A stretch of 64,000 nucleotides of DNA. Origin: Alphaproteobacteria bacterium. GTDB lineage: Bacteria > Pseudomonadota > Alphaproteobacteria > SP197. The DNA lies in the NCBI GenBank assembly GCA_964291265.2, contig OZ219747.1, forward strand, positions 960,001-1,024,000. The letters run 5' to 3'. Below the pieces are notes generated by a model. That model searched no databases, was not told where the DNA came from, and worked only from the letters and a program-made list of their open reading frames with translations. The stretch's first letter is position 1. The number at the start of each line of letters is the position of its first letter. Of this stretch, positions 40,410 through 51,239 are shown piece after piece. Made by a program: the position numbers and the translations under genes.

Positions 40410-41547
40410 CCGTTTCGTTGAATATCGGAATGGTACCGTGGAATGCGGTTCCCTTCCCGGATTCGGTGCGGAAGGAGATTGTGCCCCCATGGGCCTCGAC
40501 GATGGTGCGGCAGATCGTGAGACCGATGCCCGTGCCTCCGGATTTTGTTGAAACGAAGGGCTCGAACGGCCGGTCCTGTATGCTGGCCGGGAGCCCCGGT
40601 CCGGTATCGCTGACCGTGATCTCAATGGTGTCGCGAAGCTGCGCTGTGGCGATGACGACACAGCGTGCCCTGCGACCGGCCAGGGCCTCTATGCTGTTGC
40701 GTACAAGATTCAGGATGACCTGCTGGAACTGAATGCCGTCGACGAGCACCGGGGGCAGGTTCGGCGACAGCCTCAATCTCACGTCGACATTCTCGATCTT
40801 CGTCCCCAGGGTCGCCAGGGCACAGGCGTCTTCGACCAGGGTATTGATGTGCTCAAGCGAACGTTCGGTGTCGTTTCTGCGGGTAAGCTTGCGCAGCTGG
40901 CGGATGACGTCGCCGGCCCGATGGGTCTGGGCTACCGCTTGTTCATGAACTCCCGCAACTGGTCGGGATCCCTGATGTCACCCCGGTCGAGCAACGCTGC
41001 ACCGGCCTCGACAAACCCGACGATGGCCGAGAGCGGTTGATTGAGTTCATGCGCCAGAGCCGGCCCATGGTACCGAGCGTGCTGGCCCGCGAAACACGCA
41101 ACAGGTCGTTCTGCAGTTCATCGATGCGTCTCGTGCGCGCTGGTCTTCGGTAAGGTCGTGGATCGTCCCCACGAACAAGGGACCGTTGCGAGCGCGGCTG
41201 AGTTCGCCGACCGAAAGTCGAAACGGGAAAGCTGAACCATCCTTGCGACATCCGGTGACGTCGCGGCCGATGCCGATGATCCTGGGGATGCCGGACCGCA
41301 GGTAGTTGTGCAGGTAGCTATCGTGGTTTTCGCGGTGCGGAGAAGGCATGAGCATGCTGACGTTGCGGCCGAGCACCTCCCCGGCGGTATAGCCGAACAA
41401 TCGCTCGCAGGCAGCGCTGTACAAGACGACCGTTCCGTTCCGGTCTATCACGATTGTGCCGTCGATCGCGGTATCGATCGCTTCGCGCAGTTCCGTCTCG
41501 GTGAGTGCGGGTTCCTGTTGCGGGCTCGAACGCGCTGGCGTGGACAT
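40402..41547 (-). pseudogene. fixL: FixL-like heme-PAS histidine kinase, frameshifted
   Basis: PAS motif HDSYLHNY...IIGIGR...RKDG; the AHELNQP H-box region and QVILNLVRNS/DTGPG/STKSGGTGIGL lie in different frames (at least two shifts). Confidence 0.85.
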
Positions 41548-42105
41548 GGTGGCGGCAGGAGGTGAGATCAGGTGGCCGTCAAACCGACGTGCATCGCACG
41601 GATTGACCGGTGCATGCTCAGCCCCCCTGCTCTGAACCCTTCACATTGGGGTACTCGGCTTCAAGGAACGATACGCCAGATACGCCACCTTGATCGGTCA
41701 ATCCATCTGGTCGAATGCCGGAGTCGGCGCTCGATGGATTCACGGCCGGTCACGAGACTGGCGGGGCGTTCGTCGCGCTCCATGAGAGCAATCGCAGCAC
41801 AGTCTCCGCCAACATCCGAGCAGACGGCGGGATTGCGTCCCATCGCGATAGCCGTCCGTTTCGATGCTCCCGAACCATAGTGTACGGTGCGCCGGACCTG
41901 ATTGTCGAACCGCTCCCAAGTCGATCCGTATTTGCCCTTAAGTGTGTTTCCCGAATTGCGCTTTTCCGGGACGTATCGATGATCAGCGCGTCGCATGTGC
42001 GACGGGTCCGTGGTCCGATGTCCCTTGCGAACCAGGAGACGCAGCCGCCGGATCGACCATCGATCGACAAGACCAAAGGAGGATTGTCAATGTCAATGCT
42101 CGTCA

Positions 42106-42612
42106 ATGTCAATGCTCGAATTGGTTCCCTGGCGCAAAGACAGAAAACAGATGACCCGTGAGCCGGGGGGCGACTGGCTGATGCCCCTGCATCATCAGAT
42201 CGACCGCGTGTTCACGGACTTCTTCGGTGCGGACTTTCCGCGCTTCGCCGGCACCGGCTGGAACAGGGATTTCTCGCCCGACATGGACGTAAGCGAGAGC
42301 GACCGGCAGATCGAGGAGACCGCGGAGATGCCGGGGATGGATGACAAGGACATCGAGGTCACCCTCACCGACGGCGTGCTGACGGTCAAGGGCGAGAAGC
42401 GGTCGGAGAGCAGAGAAGAGGACAAGGACAGGCACCACTACCGCCTGGAGCGCTGCTACGGCACCTTTCGACGTTCGTTCCAGCTGCCGCCCGAAATCGA
42501 CGCCGACGCGGTGTCGGCCAGCTTCGACAAGAGCATCCTGAAGATCACTGTCGCCAAGAAGCAGACCGCGGAAGTGGCGACCAGGAAGATCGAAGTGAGT
42601 TCGGGGACGTAG
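42106..42612 (+). CDS. Hsp20/alpha-crystallin small heat-shock protein (possibly inactivated)
   Basis: PDMDVSE, MPG, DGVLTVKGEK and ER.YGTFRRSFQLP motifs. A 16-bp duplication lies at the start. Confidence 0.85.
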   Translation: MSMLELVPWRKDRKQMTREPGGDWLMPLHHQIDRVFTDFFGADFPRFAGTGWNRDFSPDMDVSESDRQIEETAEMPGMDDKDIEVTLTDGVLTVKGEKRSESREEDKDRHHYRLERCYGTFRRSFQLPPEIDADAVSASFDKSILKITVAKKQTAEVATRKIEVSSGT

Positions 42613-43114
42613 AGATCGCTCGCGCTGGCCGCGGGCACCACCTGCGGACCGACAGGCCTGATGGGGCAATTGCGGTTCGAATGGCCCGTCGGGAGCGTGA
42701 ATGAGCACCATCGGGAGAGTCTGCGGGCCCTTCAGACCCTGTTCGCCGAGCGTCACGAATCCGACAGGGAAGCCTCCGCGCTGCCGGGTCAGCGTCACAA
42801 TCGGTCGCCTCGACCGTCATCGGACATTCGGACTTGCCGCCGCGATGGCGGCCGCGGGGGGACTGCGGAATCCCACGCAGGGCAGCGCCTGATCCCATCA
42901 TGGTGGTTTCCTCCTGGAGCGGGCGTTCTTGTCTGACCCGAGGAGCTGTTCCGTCGTCTGGATTGTCGCGATCCAGGAGACGCGGGATGGCACAGGAGAG
43001 ACGCCCCCATGATGCAGGTGGAGGGTTCTTGTCGCTTCCCTACATGACGCACGCAGCGGCCGCACCATGGCCCGGCACCGCGGCATGACGCGACGCCCGG
43101 CAGAGCTATCCCCA

Positions 43115-43385
43115 TCCGCGCCGCCCTTCAAGATGTTTGCGAACAGCCCATTCTCGGGTGATCTCTGACCTGTCGCCCACTGCTGCCGGAGGAGGGGTGC
43201 TCCTATGGACCCGGCAAGGCCATGGGCAGGATGAATGAGGAACGAGATGGTTGTATGCCCGGTGAATTGCGCCTCCAAGACGGCCGCCGCGCCCAGCGTT
43301 CCCGGGACAATGGCCATGACGGTCGGCACCGAGGCGGCGCGGTGCGACCGGCCGAGCGCCTGTCGGGCATCCGGCCGGGGAGGCC
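43115..43385. repeat. Diverged ~270-bp direct repeat, copy 2
   Basis: See 38757-39030. Confidence 0.75.
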
Positions 43386-43400
43386 GGGACCGTCGAGATC

Positions 43401-44594
43401 TCAGTCGAGGGCAGTGAGCCAGGAGAGCACCGGCTGCCACAGCGTGGCGAGGGAGCGGCGGCCGGCAACCATGCCGACGTGGCCGGCGTTGGGTTCGATC
43501 CTGGTGGCGTGCGGGATGAGGTCCGCGAGGGATCGCGCGGAATTCGGGGGAACAATGCGGTCGCGTGCCGGAAGGGCAACGAGAACGGGAGTATCGAGCG
43601 CGGCAGGATCGATGGTCCGATCGAGCGAGATCCAGCTTCCCCGGGCCGGCAGATTGTCCCGGTACCAGCCGTGCAGGCACTCCGCGGCCACGCCGGAGAC
43701 GAGCGGGACGCCGTCGTTGAGCCAGTCCTCCAGGGCCACGAAGGTGCGTGCCTGCTCGCTCGCGGGATCGAGGCGGGCGAAGGCGCGGAACCTGGTTTCC
43801 ACGTGGCCGGGCTGGATGGAGGCAAAGAGCGCCTGGATGACATCCACCGGCACCGGTGGCGCCGAAGGGCGGGACGCGAGTGCGGCCGCGGCGGCCAGCG
43901 GAGCATTCCAGGAGATGGCCCCGGCATGGAAGTCCCAGGGGGTGGCAAGGAGGGCGAGGCCCCTGACGCGGTCCGGGCGGGCGAGGGCGCCCGAAAGGGC
44001 GATGAGGCCTCCCATGCAGTAGCCGAGAAGCGGCACCGCAGCGCCGGTGACGGCCGTGGCGGCCTCGAGTGCCGGGAGGAGCCGGTGGGTGATGTAGGCG
44101 TCGAGGTCGAAGAGTGTTTCCGCGTCGCCGGGCTCGCCCCAGTCGAGCAGCAGCGGTCTCGCACCGTTTCGGCGCAGCCATGAACAGAACCCTTCCCGCG
44201 GACCAAGGTCGAGGATGTAGGACCGGTTGATGAGGGAGGGGACCAGAAGAAGAGGCAGGCCGGACCCGCCGTAGTCGAGAAGCGATGTCGACCCGCTGCG
44301 CCACAGGACATCGCGTGCCTGGTCCGAACGCCGCCAGGGATGCTCGTGGTAGGCGCGCACACCGGCGATGAAGGATCCCAGCCGGTGGCCGGCCTCGGCG
44401 CCGACGACTGCAGCAAAGGCGTCCGCATCAACGTCGAGAAGGGTCTGGCTCAGCCGTTTCGCCTGCGGAGCGACACTGCTGTTCCAGGAGATCAAGCCGT
44501 TCCTCGCAGCGAGCGATGCGGCTGGCGAGGTCGTCAAGACGCTTGCCGAGAGTGCCAGGTGCATCGGCAGTGGCCGCGGTCCGCGTCGCGTCAT
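43401..44594 (-). CDS. PHA synthase-like alpha/beta hydrolase (class III PhaC-like)
   Basis: VPSLINRSYILDL, DWG, lipase-like box GYCMGG, DRIVP and GHVG; PHA locus context. Confidence 0.8.
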   Translation of the reverse strand: MTRRGPRPLPMHLALSASVLTTSPAASLAARNGLISWNSSVAPQAKRLSQTLLDVDADAFAAVVGAEAGHRLGSFIAGVRAYHEHPWRRSDQARDVLWRSGSTSLLDYGGSGLPLLLVPSLINRSYILDLGPREGFCSWLRRNGARPLLLDWGEPGDAETLFDLDAYITHRLLPALEAATAVTGAAVPLLGYCMGGLIALSGALARPDRVRGLALLATPWDFHAGAISWNAPLAAAAALASRPSAPPVPVDVIQALFASIQPGHVETRFRAFARLDPASEQARTFVALEDWLNDGVPLVSGVAAECLHGWYRDNLPARGSWISLDRTIDPAALDTPVLVALPARDRIVPPNSARSLADLIPHATRIEPNAGHVGMVAGRRSLATLWQPVLSWLTALD

Positions 44595-44724
44595 GCGACA
44601 TCCCCGCAAGCCACGTGGCGGTCCACTCGGCCAGCGCCGGATCGGACAGGGTCGTGGCGAGGTGTTCCTGCCAGAGTTCGACGAAATCCCTGGCAAGGTC
44701 CTCGAGATCGTTCCTCTCCTTCAT
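44428..44724 (-). CDS. Small helical protein overlapping the phaC-like gene
   Basis: LEDLARDFVELWQEHL...DP N-terminus and coiled-coil C-terminus LDDLASRIARCEERLDLLE. Confidence 0.6.
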   Translation of the reverse strand: MKERNDLEDLARDFVELWQEHLATTLSDPALAEWTATWLAGMSHDATRTAATADAPGTLGKRLDDLASRIARCEERLDLLEQQCRSAGETAEPDPSRR

Positions 44725-44839
44725 GGTGGCGATGATGGCACCTTTCGGGCCATGCGGCCATGCTGCGGTGCAACAAGGACTGGCCGGGGACCACACTCGG
44801 GTTCATACTGACATCCTTCAGAAGGAAGGCCCGAAGACG

Positions 44840-45421
44840 ATGACGAAAGCCAGAAACCGCCAGGCAGAGGATACGGTCGTCATCAAGAAGTACGCCAACA
44901 GACGACTCTACAACACCGCAACCAGCAGCTACATCACCCTCGACCAGCTCGCCCGCATCGTGAAGGACGGCACGGATTTTGTCGTTCAGGATGCGAAGAG
45001 TGGCGAGGACATCACCCGCGCCGTGCTGACACAGATCATCGTCGAGGAAGAGTCCAAGGGAGCCAACCTGCTGCCGATCAGTTTCCTCAAGCAGCTGATC
45101 GGCTTCTACGGGGACAGCATGCAGACCTTCGTGCCACGCTATCTCGAGCTCAGCATGGAGAGCCTGGCGAAGAACCAGGAACAGGTTCGCGACATGGTCT
45201 CGCGCACCTTCGATCAGATGTTCCCCGCGCCGACGGATGCCGTTGACGGCATGGTCAGGAACAACATGGCCATGATGCGCCGCACCATGGAGATGTTCTA
45301 TCCCGAAACCGACCAGTCGGCCGACCGGACGGCGAACCGCAACGAGGACTTCCGCGCCCTCCAGGAGCGCATCGACAGCCTGCAGGACCAGCTTGACCGG
45401 ATCTCCCGGGAGAAGTCGTGA
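44840..45421 (+). CDS. phaR: PHA synthesis repressor
   Basis: IKKYANRRLYNT, GEDITR and LLPISFLKQLI motifs. Confidence 0.95.
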   Translation: MTKARNRQAEDTVVIKKYANRRLYNTATSSYITLDQLARIVKDGTDFVVQDAKSGEDITRAVLTQIIVEEESKGANLLPISFLKQLIGFYGDSMQTFVPRYLELSMESLAKNQEQVRDMVSRTFDQMFPAPTDAVDGMVRNNMAMMRRTMEMFYPETDQSADRTANRNEDFRALQERIDSLQDQLDRISREKS

Positions 45422-45452
45422 CGCAACGAGGGGCCGGTGCCCCGACGATGGT

Positions 45453-46787
45453 TCAGGCGACTGTCTTCAGGGTTGCACCGATGGTCTCGAAGATCTGGTC
45501 CACATGGCTGTGTTCCGCGATCAGCGGTGGCGAGAGAGCGATGGTGTCACCGGTGACGCGGACGAGCACACCGTCATCGAAACACTTGTGGAACGTCTCC
45601 ATGGCGCGAGCCGTTGGCTGACCGGGTCTCGGTTCGAGTTCGATCCCCGCCATGATGCCGATGTTCCTGAGATCGATCACGTGGTGACCGCCTTCAAGGG
45701 ACCACAGGGCGTCCTGCCAGTAGTCGGCAAGGTCCCGGGCCCTCTCGAAGAGCCCCTCTTCGCGATAGAGATCGAGGGTCGCGATACCCGCTGCGGCGGC
45801 CAGGGGGTGGCCCGAGTAGGTGTAACCGTGGAACAGCTCGATACCGGCCGAGGAACCCGCCATGAAGGCGTCGTGTACCTTCCTGGAACAGAAGACGGCG
45901 CCCATGGGAACGGTGGCGTTGGTGAGTCCCTTGGCCGTCGTCGCCATGTCGGGAATGACGTCGAAGTACTCGCTGGCAAAGCTGGCGCCCAGGCGTCCGA
46001 ATCCGGTGATGACCTCGTCGAAGATGAGCAGGATGTCGTGCCTGTCGCAAATCTCGCGCAGGCGCTTCAGGTACCCCTTTGGCGGGACCAGGACACCGGT
46101 GGATCCGGCGACCGGTTCGACGATGACCGCGGCGATGGTCGATGCATCATGGAGTGCCACGAGGCGCTCGAGATCGTCGGCCAGGTGGGCGCCCCACTCG
46201 GGCTGCCCCTTGGTCCAGGCCTGGTGTTCGAGATCGTGAGTATGGCGGATGTGGTCGACGCCAGCGATCAGGCTGCCGTAGAACTGCCTGTTCTTGACGA
46301 TTCCGCCGACGGACGTGCCACCGAAATTCACCCCGTGATAGCCGCGCTCGCGGCCGATCAGGCGGAATTTCGATCCCTTGCCCCTGACGTTGTGGTAGGC
46401 CAGCGCGATCTTGAGGGCGGTGTCTGCGGATTCCGATCCCGAATTGGTGAAGAACACGTGATCAAGGTCGCCGGGCGCCAGGTCGGCGAGCCGTTTGGCG
46501 AATTCGAAGGGAGCGGGGTGGCCGAGCTGGAAAGTCGGCGCGAAATCCATCTTGTCCGCCTGCGCCTTGATGGCCTCGGCGATGCGGGTGCGTCCATGAC
46601 CGGCATTGCAGCACCACAGGCCCGCGGTGCCGTCGAGGATCTTCCTGCCGCCGGGCGTCATGTAGTGCATGTCCCGGGCGCTTGCCAGAAGCCGGGGGGA
46701 AGACTTGTAGTCCTTGTTCGAGGTGAACGGCATCCAGAACGACTCGAGGTCGTTGGGCAGATCGGGATAGTTCAGGTCATCCATCAT
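45453..46787 (-). CDS. Class III aminotransferase (omega-amino acid/beta-alanine:pyruvate type)
   Basis: FWMPFT, GLWC, SGSES, FDEVITGFGR, AKG and HGYTYSGHP motifs. The real start is 46787, not the long ORF start. Confidence 0.92.
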   Translation of the reverse strand: MMDDLNYPDLPNDLESFWMPFTSNKDYKSSPRLLASARDMHYMTPGGRKILDGTAGLWCCNAGHGRTRIAEAIKAQADKMDFAPTFQLGHPAPFEFAKRLADLAPGDLDHVFFTNSGSESADTALKIALAYHNVRGKGSKFRLIGRERGYHGVNFGGTSVGGIVKNRQFYGSLIAGVDHIRHTHDLEHQAWTKGQPEWGAHLADDLERLVALHDASTIAAVIVEPVAGSTGVLVPPKGYLKRLREICDRHDILLIFDEVITGFGRLGASFASEYFDVIPDMATTAKGLTNATVPMGAVFCSRKVHDAFMAGSSAGIELFHGYTYSGHPLAAAAGIATLDLYREEGLFERARDLADYWQDALWSLEGGHHVIDLRNIGIMAGIELEPRPGQPTARAMETFHKCFDDGVLVRVTGDTIALSPPLIAEHSHVDQIFETIGATLKTVA

Positions 46788-46922
46788 GCATTCCTCGATG
46801 TCAGGGCGACGACTATAGACCAGGCTCGCGTGGGCGCAAAGCCGCCCGGCGCTCCGTCGTGGTCGCGTTGACGTGTCCTTCCGGTGGACCAATACTTTGT
46901 GCAGGTGCGAAGGAAGCGTTTC

Positions 46923-49058
46923 ATGACGGAGTTTCCAGGAGCCTGGCTCGCCCAGGCCGGAAAGGAACTCAAGGGCGGTTCCGCCGAGAGTCTCGTCAGG
47001 GAGACGGTCGAGGGCATTGCCGTCAAGCCACTCTACACCGAGGCGGATCTCGAGACCCTTGGCCATGCCGCCACCCTGCCGGGGCTCTTTCCCTATGTGC
47101 GTGGCGTGCGCGCGACGATGTATGCCAACAGGCCATGGACCGTCCGCCAGTACGCGGGGTTCTCCACCGCCGAGGAATCCAACGCCTTCTATCGGCAGGC
47201 CCTGGCAGGCGGGCAGAAAGGTCTGTCGGTGGCCTTCGATCTCGCGACCCACCGCGGCTACGACAGCGACCATCCCAGGGTGGCCGGTGATGTCGGCAAG
47301 GCGGGTGTGGCCATCGACTCCGTCGAGGACATGAAGATCCTGTTTGACGGCATCCCCCTCGACGGGATGTCGGTCTCCATGACCATGAACGGGGCCGTCC
47401 TTCCGGTGCTCGCCATGTTCGTCGTGGCGGCGGAGGAGCAGGGCGTCGCTGCCGACCGCCTGACCGGGACCATACAGAACGACATCCTCAAGGAGTTCAT
47501 GGTCCGCAACACCTACATCTATCCTCCGGCGCCCAGCATGCGCATCGTCGCCGACATCATTGCGTGGTGCGCGGCTTCGATGCCCCGCTTCAACTCGATT
47601 TCCATCAGCGGCTATCACATGCAGGAAGCGGGGGCGACGGCGGTCCAGGAGCTTGCCTACACGCTGGCCGACGGGGTCGAGTACGTGCGTGCCGCCCGTG
47701 ACCGAGGTCTCGACATCGACGCCTTCGCGCCCCGGCTCTCCTTCTTCTTCGGCATCGGCATGAACTTCTTCATGGAGATTGCCAAGCTCCGTGCGGCGAG
47801 GCTGTTGTGGGCCCGGCTCATGGAACCCTTCAACCCCCGGGATCCGCGGTCGGCGATGCTGCGCACCCACTGTCAGACCAGCGGCGTGTCGCTGACCGAA
47901 CAGGACCCCTTCAACAACATCGTGCGCACCACCGTCGAGGCCATGGCGGCCGTGCTCGGAGGCACCCAGAGTCTCCACACCAACAGCTATGACGAGGCCC
48001 TTGCCCTGCCCGGCGACGAGGCGGCCCGCATTGCCCGCAACACGCAGCTGATTCTCGCCGGTGAAACCGGCATGACCCATGTTGTCGATCCTCTCGGTGG
48101 CAGCTACTTCGTCGAATCGCTCACCGCCTCTCTCGTCGAGGCCGCTTGCGCCCTGATCGACGAGGTCGAGGAACTCGGAGGCATGACGCGCGCCATCGAG
48201 GCGGGCCTGCCGAAGTTGCGCATCGAGGAGAGCGCGGCGCGCCGCCAGGCGCGAATCGAGCGCGGCGACGACACGGTGGTGGGGGTCAACCGCTACCGGA
48301 ACGAAGCGGAGCCGGAGGTCGACATTCGCGAGATCGACAACACCGCGGTACGCGTTGCCCAGATCCGGCGCCTCAAAGAGGTGCGCCGCAACCGTGATGA
48401 GCGGGTGGTGAGAGAGGCTCTCGATGCCCTTGGCGCCGGTGCGGCCGGCGACGGGAATCTCCTTGAACTCTCCATGGCTGCGGCAAGGGTGCGGGCCACG
48501 CTCGGCGAAATCTCGGATGCCATGGAGGGAGTCTTCACCCGGCACAGCGCGGTGCTGCGGCCGGTTTCCGGCGTCTATGGCGCCGCATGGCAGGGGGCGG
48601 CGGAGTTCGACGAGGTGAGGGCGCTCGTCGACGCCTTCTCCGGCGAGGAGGGGCGTCAGCCGCGCATGCTTGTCGCCAAGCTCGGCCAGGACGGCCACGA
48701 CCGGGGCGCCCGGATCATTGCCAGCGCCTTTGCCGATCTCGGGTTCGATGTCGATGTCGGCCCTCTCTTCCAGACCCCCGCGGAGGCGGCGCAACAGGCC
48801 CTCGAAAGCGATGTCCATGTCATCGGCGTCTCCACCCAGGCGGCAGGTCACCGGACCCTGGTGCCGCAGCTTGTCGCTGCCCTGGCAGAGCTCGCTGCAA
48901 CGGACATCCGGGTCGTGGTGGGCGGCGTGGTGCCGCCGCAGGACCATGCCATGCTCCTTGACGCCGGAGTGTCGGCCATTTTCGGTCCCGGAACGCGCAT
49001 TCCGGCAGCGGCGGCGCAGGTCCTCGAGCTCATCCGGTCGCAGCGCCAGGCCGCCTGA
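46923..49058 (+). CDS. scpA: Methylmalonyl-CoA mutase
   Basis: [24 protein letters not shown] and B12-binding GQDGHDRG motifs. Confidence 0.97.
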   Translation: MTEFPGAWLAQAGKELKGGSAESLVRETVEGIAVKPLYTEADLETLGHAATLPGLFPYVRGVRATMYANRPWTVRQYAGFSTAEESNAFYRQALAGGQKGLSVAFDLATHRGYDSDHPRVAGDVGKAGVAIDSVEDMKILFDGIPLDGMSVSMTMNGAVLPVLAMFVVAAEEQGVAADRLTGTIQNDILKEFMVRNTYIYPPAPSMRIVADIIAWCAASMPRFNSISISGYHMQEAGATAVQELAYTLADGVEYVRAARDRGLDIDAFAPRLSFFFGIGMNFFMEIAKLRAARLLWARLMEPFNPRDPRSAMLRTHCQTSGVSLTEQDPFNNIVRTTVEAMAAVLGGTQSLHTNSYDEALALPGDEAARIARNTQLILAGETGMTHVVDPLGGSYFVESLTASLVEAACALIDEVEELGGMTRAIEAGLPKLRIEESAARRQARIERGDDTVVGVNRYRNEAEPEVDIREIDNTAVRVAQIRRLKEVRRNRDERVVREALDALGAGAAGDGNLLELSMAAARVRATLGEISDAMEGVFTRHSAVLRPVSGVYGAAWQGAAEFDEVRALVDAFSGEEGRQPRMLVAKLGQDGHDRGARIIASAFADLGFDVDVGPLFQTPAEAAQQALESDVHVIGVSTQAAGHRTLVPQLVAALAELAATDIRVVVGGVVPPQDHAMLLDAGVSAIFGPGTRIPAAAAQVLELIRSQRQAA

Positions 49059-49072
49059 ACGGGACGGCCCCC

Positions 49073-50020
49073 TTGATTGCCGAAGCCCTCAGATCCGGTG
49101 ACCGCCGGGCCCTTGCCCGCGCCATCACCCTGGTGGAGTCGACGCGCGGCGAGGACGAAGAGGCGGCCGCGCGCCTTCTCGAGGATCTGGCACATGTGGT
49201 GCCGGCACGTCGGCGCATCGGCATTTCCGGCGCTCCGGGCGTCGGCAAGTCCACCTTCATCGAGGCCTTCGGCCTGAAGGCCCTCGACGAGGGCTGGCGG
49301 GTTGCCGTCATCACCGTCGATCCTTCCTCGACGAGGAGCGGCGGCTCGATCCTCGGCGACAGGACCAGGATGGAGCGCCTGTCGCGCCACGCCGGAGCAT
49401 TCATCCGCTCATCGCCCGCCCGCGGCACCCTGGGCGGCGTGGCGCGGCGCACACGGGACGTCATCCGCCTTGTCGAGGCGGCAGGCCATGACCTGGTGAT
49501 CGTCGAGACCGTCGGTGTCGGCCAGTCCGAGGTGGCGGCCTCGGCCATGACCGACATGTTCGTCCTGCTCATGGCGCCCGGTGCCGGCGACGGGCTTCAG
49601 GGAATGAAGCGCGGCATCATGGAACTGGCCGACCTCGTGGTCGTCAACAAGGCGGACGGCGATCTTGCCGGACTGGCGCGCCACATGGTGGCGGACCTTC
49701 GCCAGGCGCTCGCGCTCCTGCGCCAGGAACGGTTCTTCTGGGCGACGCGCGCGATGCCCTGTTCGGCACTCACCGGGGCCGGTCTCGGCGATGTGCGGAG
49801 CGCCGTCGATGAGTGGTTCGCCGCTGCCGGCCCTCACCTCGACGAGGAACGCCGCAGGCAGGCGGTCGAGGCCATCAGGAACGAGGTCGCCGATCTCGTC
49901 CTGGCGCGGCTGATGCCCGGGAACGGCGGCAACGCCCCTTCATGGGCACTCGCTGACGACGTTGCCTGCGGACGCCTGTCGCTGCGAACCGCCGCGGGCA
50001 AGATTCTCGACGACCCGTGA
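49073..50020 (+). CDS. meaB: Methylmalonyl-CoA mutase-associated GTPase
   Basis: GAPGVGKST, VDPSS, ETVGVGQSE and NKAD motifs. Confidence 0.95.
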   Translation: MIAEALRSGDRRALARAITLVESTRGEDEEAAARLLEDLAHVVPARRRIGISGAPGVGKSTFIEAFGLKALDEGWRVAVITVDPSSTRSGGSILGDRTRMERLSRHAGAFIRSSPARGTLGGVARRTRDVIRLVEAAGHDLVIVETVGVGQSEVAASAMTDMFVLLMAPGAGDGLQGMKRGIMELADLVVVNKADGDLAGLARHMVADLRQALALLRQERFFWATRAMPCSALTGAGLGDVRSAVDEWFAAAGPHLDEERRRQAVEAIRNEVADLVLARLMPGNGGNAPSWALADDVACGRLSLRTAAGKILDDP

Positions 50021-50835
50021 TCGGCCCCGCCTCCGGAACACAATCGATCATCCGTGCCATTCCCCTGGTCCCCGGACGATCCCGGCGGCGGTCCGGAAGT
50101 CTCCGTACCGTGCGACACCCAGGGTTTCGACCAGCGGGACGCGCAAGCCATGCCGCCGGAAACAGGAACAAGTTTCGAGATCGCCGAATTGTGTAAAGCG
50201 CAGGGTTTACGGTCCGCGAGGCATGCAGAGGGTGGCGCAGGAAGCTGAGGACACGCTCCAGCGGAGTGACCGGTTCGAACAGGGATCAGTTCCGGCAGGT
50301 CTGCCCGTACCCGTCTGCCAGACGATATCGAGGTTGATGCCCCATTGAGGCGTGACGGGCCAACCGTTGGTTTACAGAGATACAAAGTATCTACTCACCC
50401 CCTCTGATGACGAATCGTTTTTCCTGACGGGTTCGGATCCGACATTTTCTCTTGCCCCCTTCACTCGCTCGCTGCCGATGACCTGATGTGCGGGGACTGT
50501 CTGACAAGAAGCGGTTCGATCTTCGGTTTCAGCTCCACGTTCCGTCCGTCGACAACCTCGACGGCGCAACACTCCAACAATCGTCTCATCTGACGATGGA
50601 CGAGGTCAGGATGTCGGAGACCAGCAGTTGCGCGATTGCTGGCGCGAGGCCCGGTGTCCTCGGGGTCGGCCGCTGTCTCCCCGGGCGTTGAGGCGGGTGT
50701 GTCTCTCTGCTCGGCGTTGTGCACGCTGTTCTGCTTCCCGAGGATGCAGGCCCAGCGCCCTACGACAGATCATCTGTGACCCTTGCATGGCCGTTCATCG
50801 GGCAGGACGTCCACGCCTGGAACTCGGCTCATCTC

Positions 50836-50872
50836 TTGACAGGAGCACAGAAAATGTTACCTTGACGGTAAC
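50836..50872 (+). promoter_or_regulatory. Promoter (TTGACA-N16-TACCTT) overlapped by palindromic operator GTTACC-N5-GGTAAC
   Basis: Read directly, about 20 bp upstream of the toxin ATG. Confidence 0.65.
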
Positions 50873-50889
50873 GATTACCGTTGATCTCA

Positions 50890-51225
50890 ATGGAAATCAC
50901 CTTCCGGACCCGCAAGCTCGAAAAGGCGTTCAACTCGGCGAATGCCCTGGAGAAGACCTATGGAGCGAGGATGGCGAGAGTCATGATGACGCGGATGGCT
51001 GTGCTCAAGGCGGCGCGCAGTTTGGTGCTGGTGCCGGCTACGCCACCGGACAGGCGGCATCAACTCAGCGGAAATCGGAACGAGCAGTTCGCTGTGGATC
51101 TCGTCCAGCCTTATCGGCTCGTGTTTGAAGTCAACCACGAGCCGGTACCACGCAGGGACGATGGCGGGATAGACACGGAGCGGGTGACGGCGATCACGAT
51201 TCTCGATGTGGTCGACCATCACTGA
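50890..51225 (+). CDS. HigB/RelE-like toxin
   Basis: MEITFRTRKLEK...HQLSGNRNEQFAVDL..PYRLVF; toxin-first gene order. Confidence 0.85.
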   Translation: MEITFRTRKLEKAFNSANALEKTYGARMARVMMTRMAVLKAARSLVLVPATPPDRRHQLSGNRNEQFAVDLVQPYRLVFEVNHEPVPRRDDGGIDTERVTAITILDVVDHH

Positions 51226-51239
51226 CCGGGGAGGAACAG

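Noticed and set aside
41690-41703. TTGATCGGTCAA as an FNR/FixK box between fixL and hsp20
   Set aside because: Half-site spacing does not fit TTGAT-N4-ATCAA.
45453-48947. 1164-aa minus-strand ORF as a giant aminotransferase fusion
   Set aside because: The N-terminal 720 aa is the antisense shadow of scpA; the real gene starts at 46787.
50020-50830. Non-coding stretch after meaB (also 57330-58100 and 61100-61900) as a riboswitch, ncRNA or gene
   Set aside because: No cobalamin-riboswitch or other RNA signature was recognisable by eye, and only weak, unassignable remnant-like peptides were found. An Rfam or tBLASTn search would be needed.
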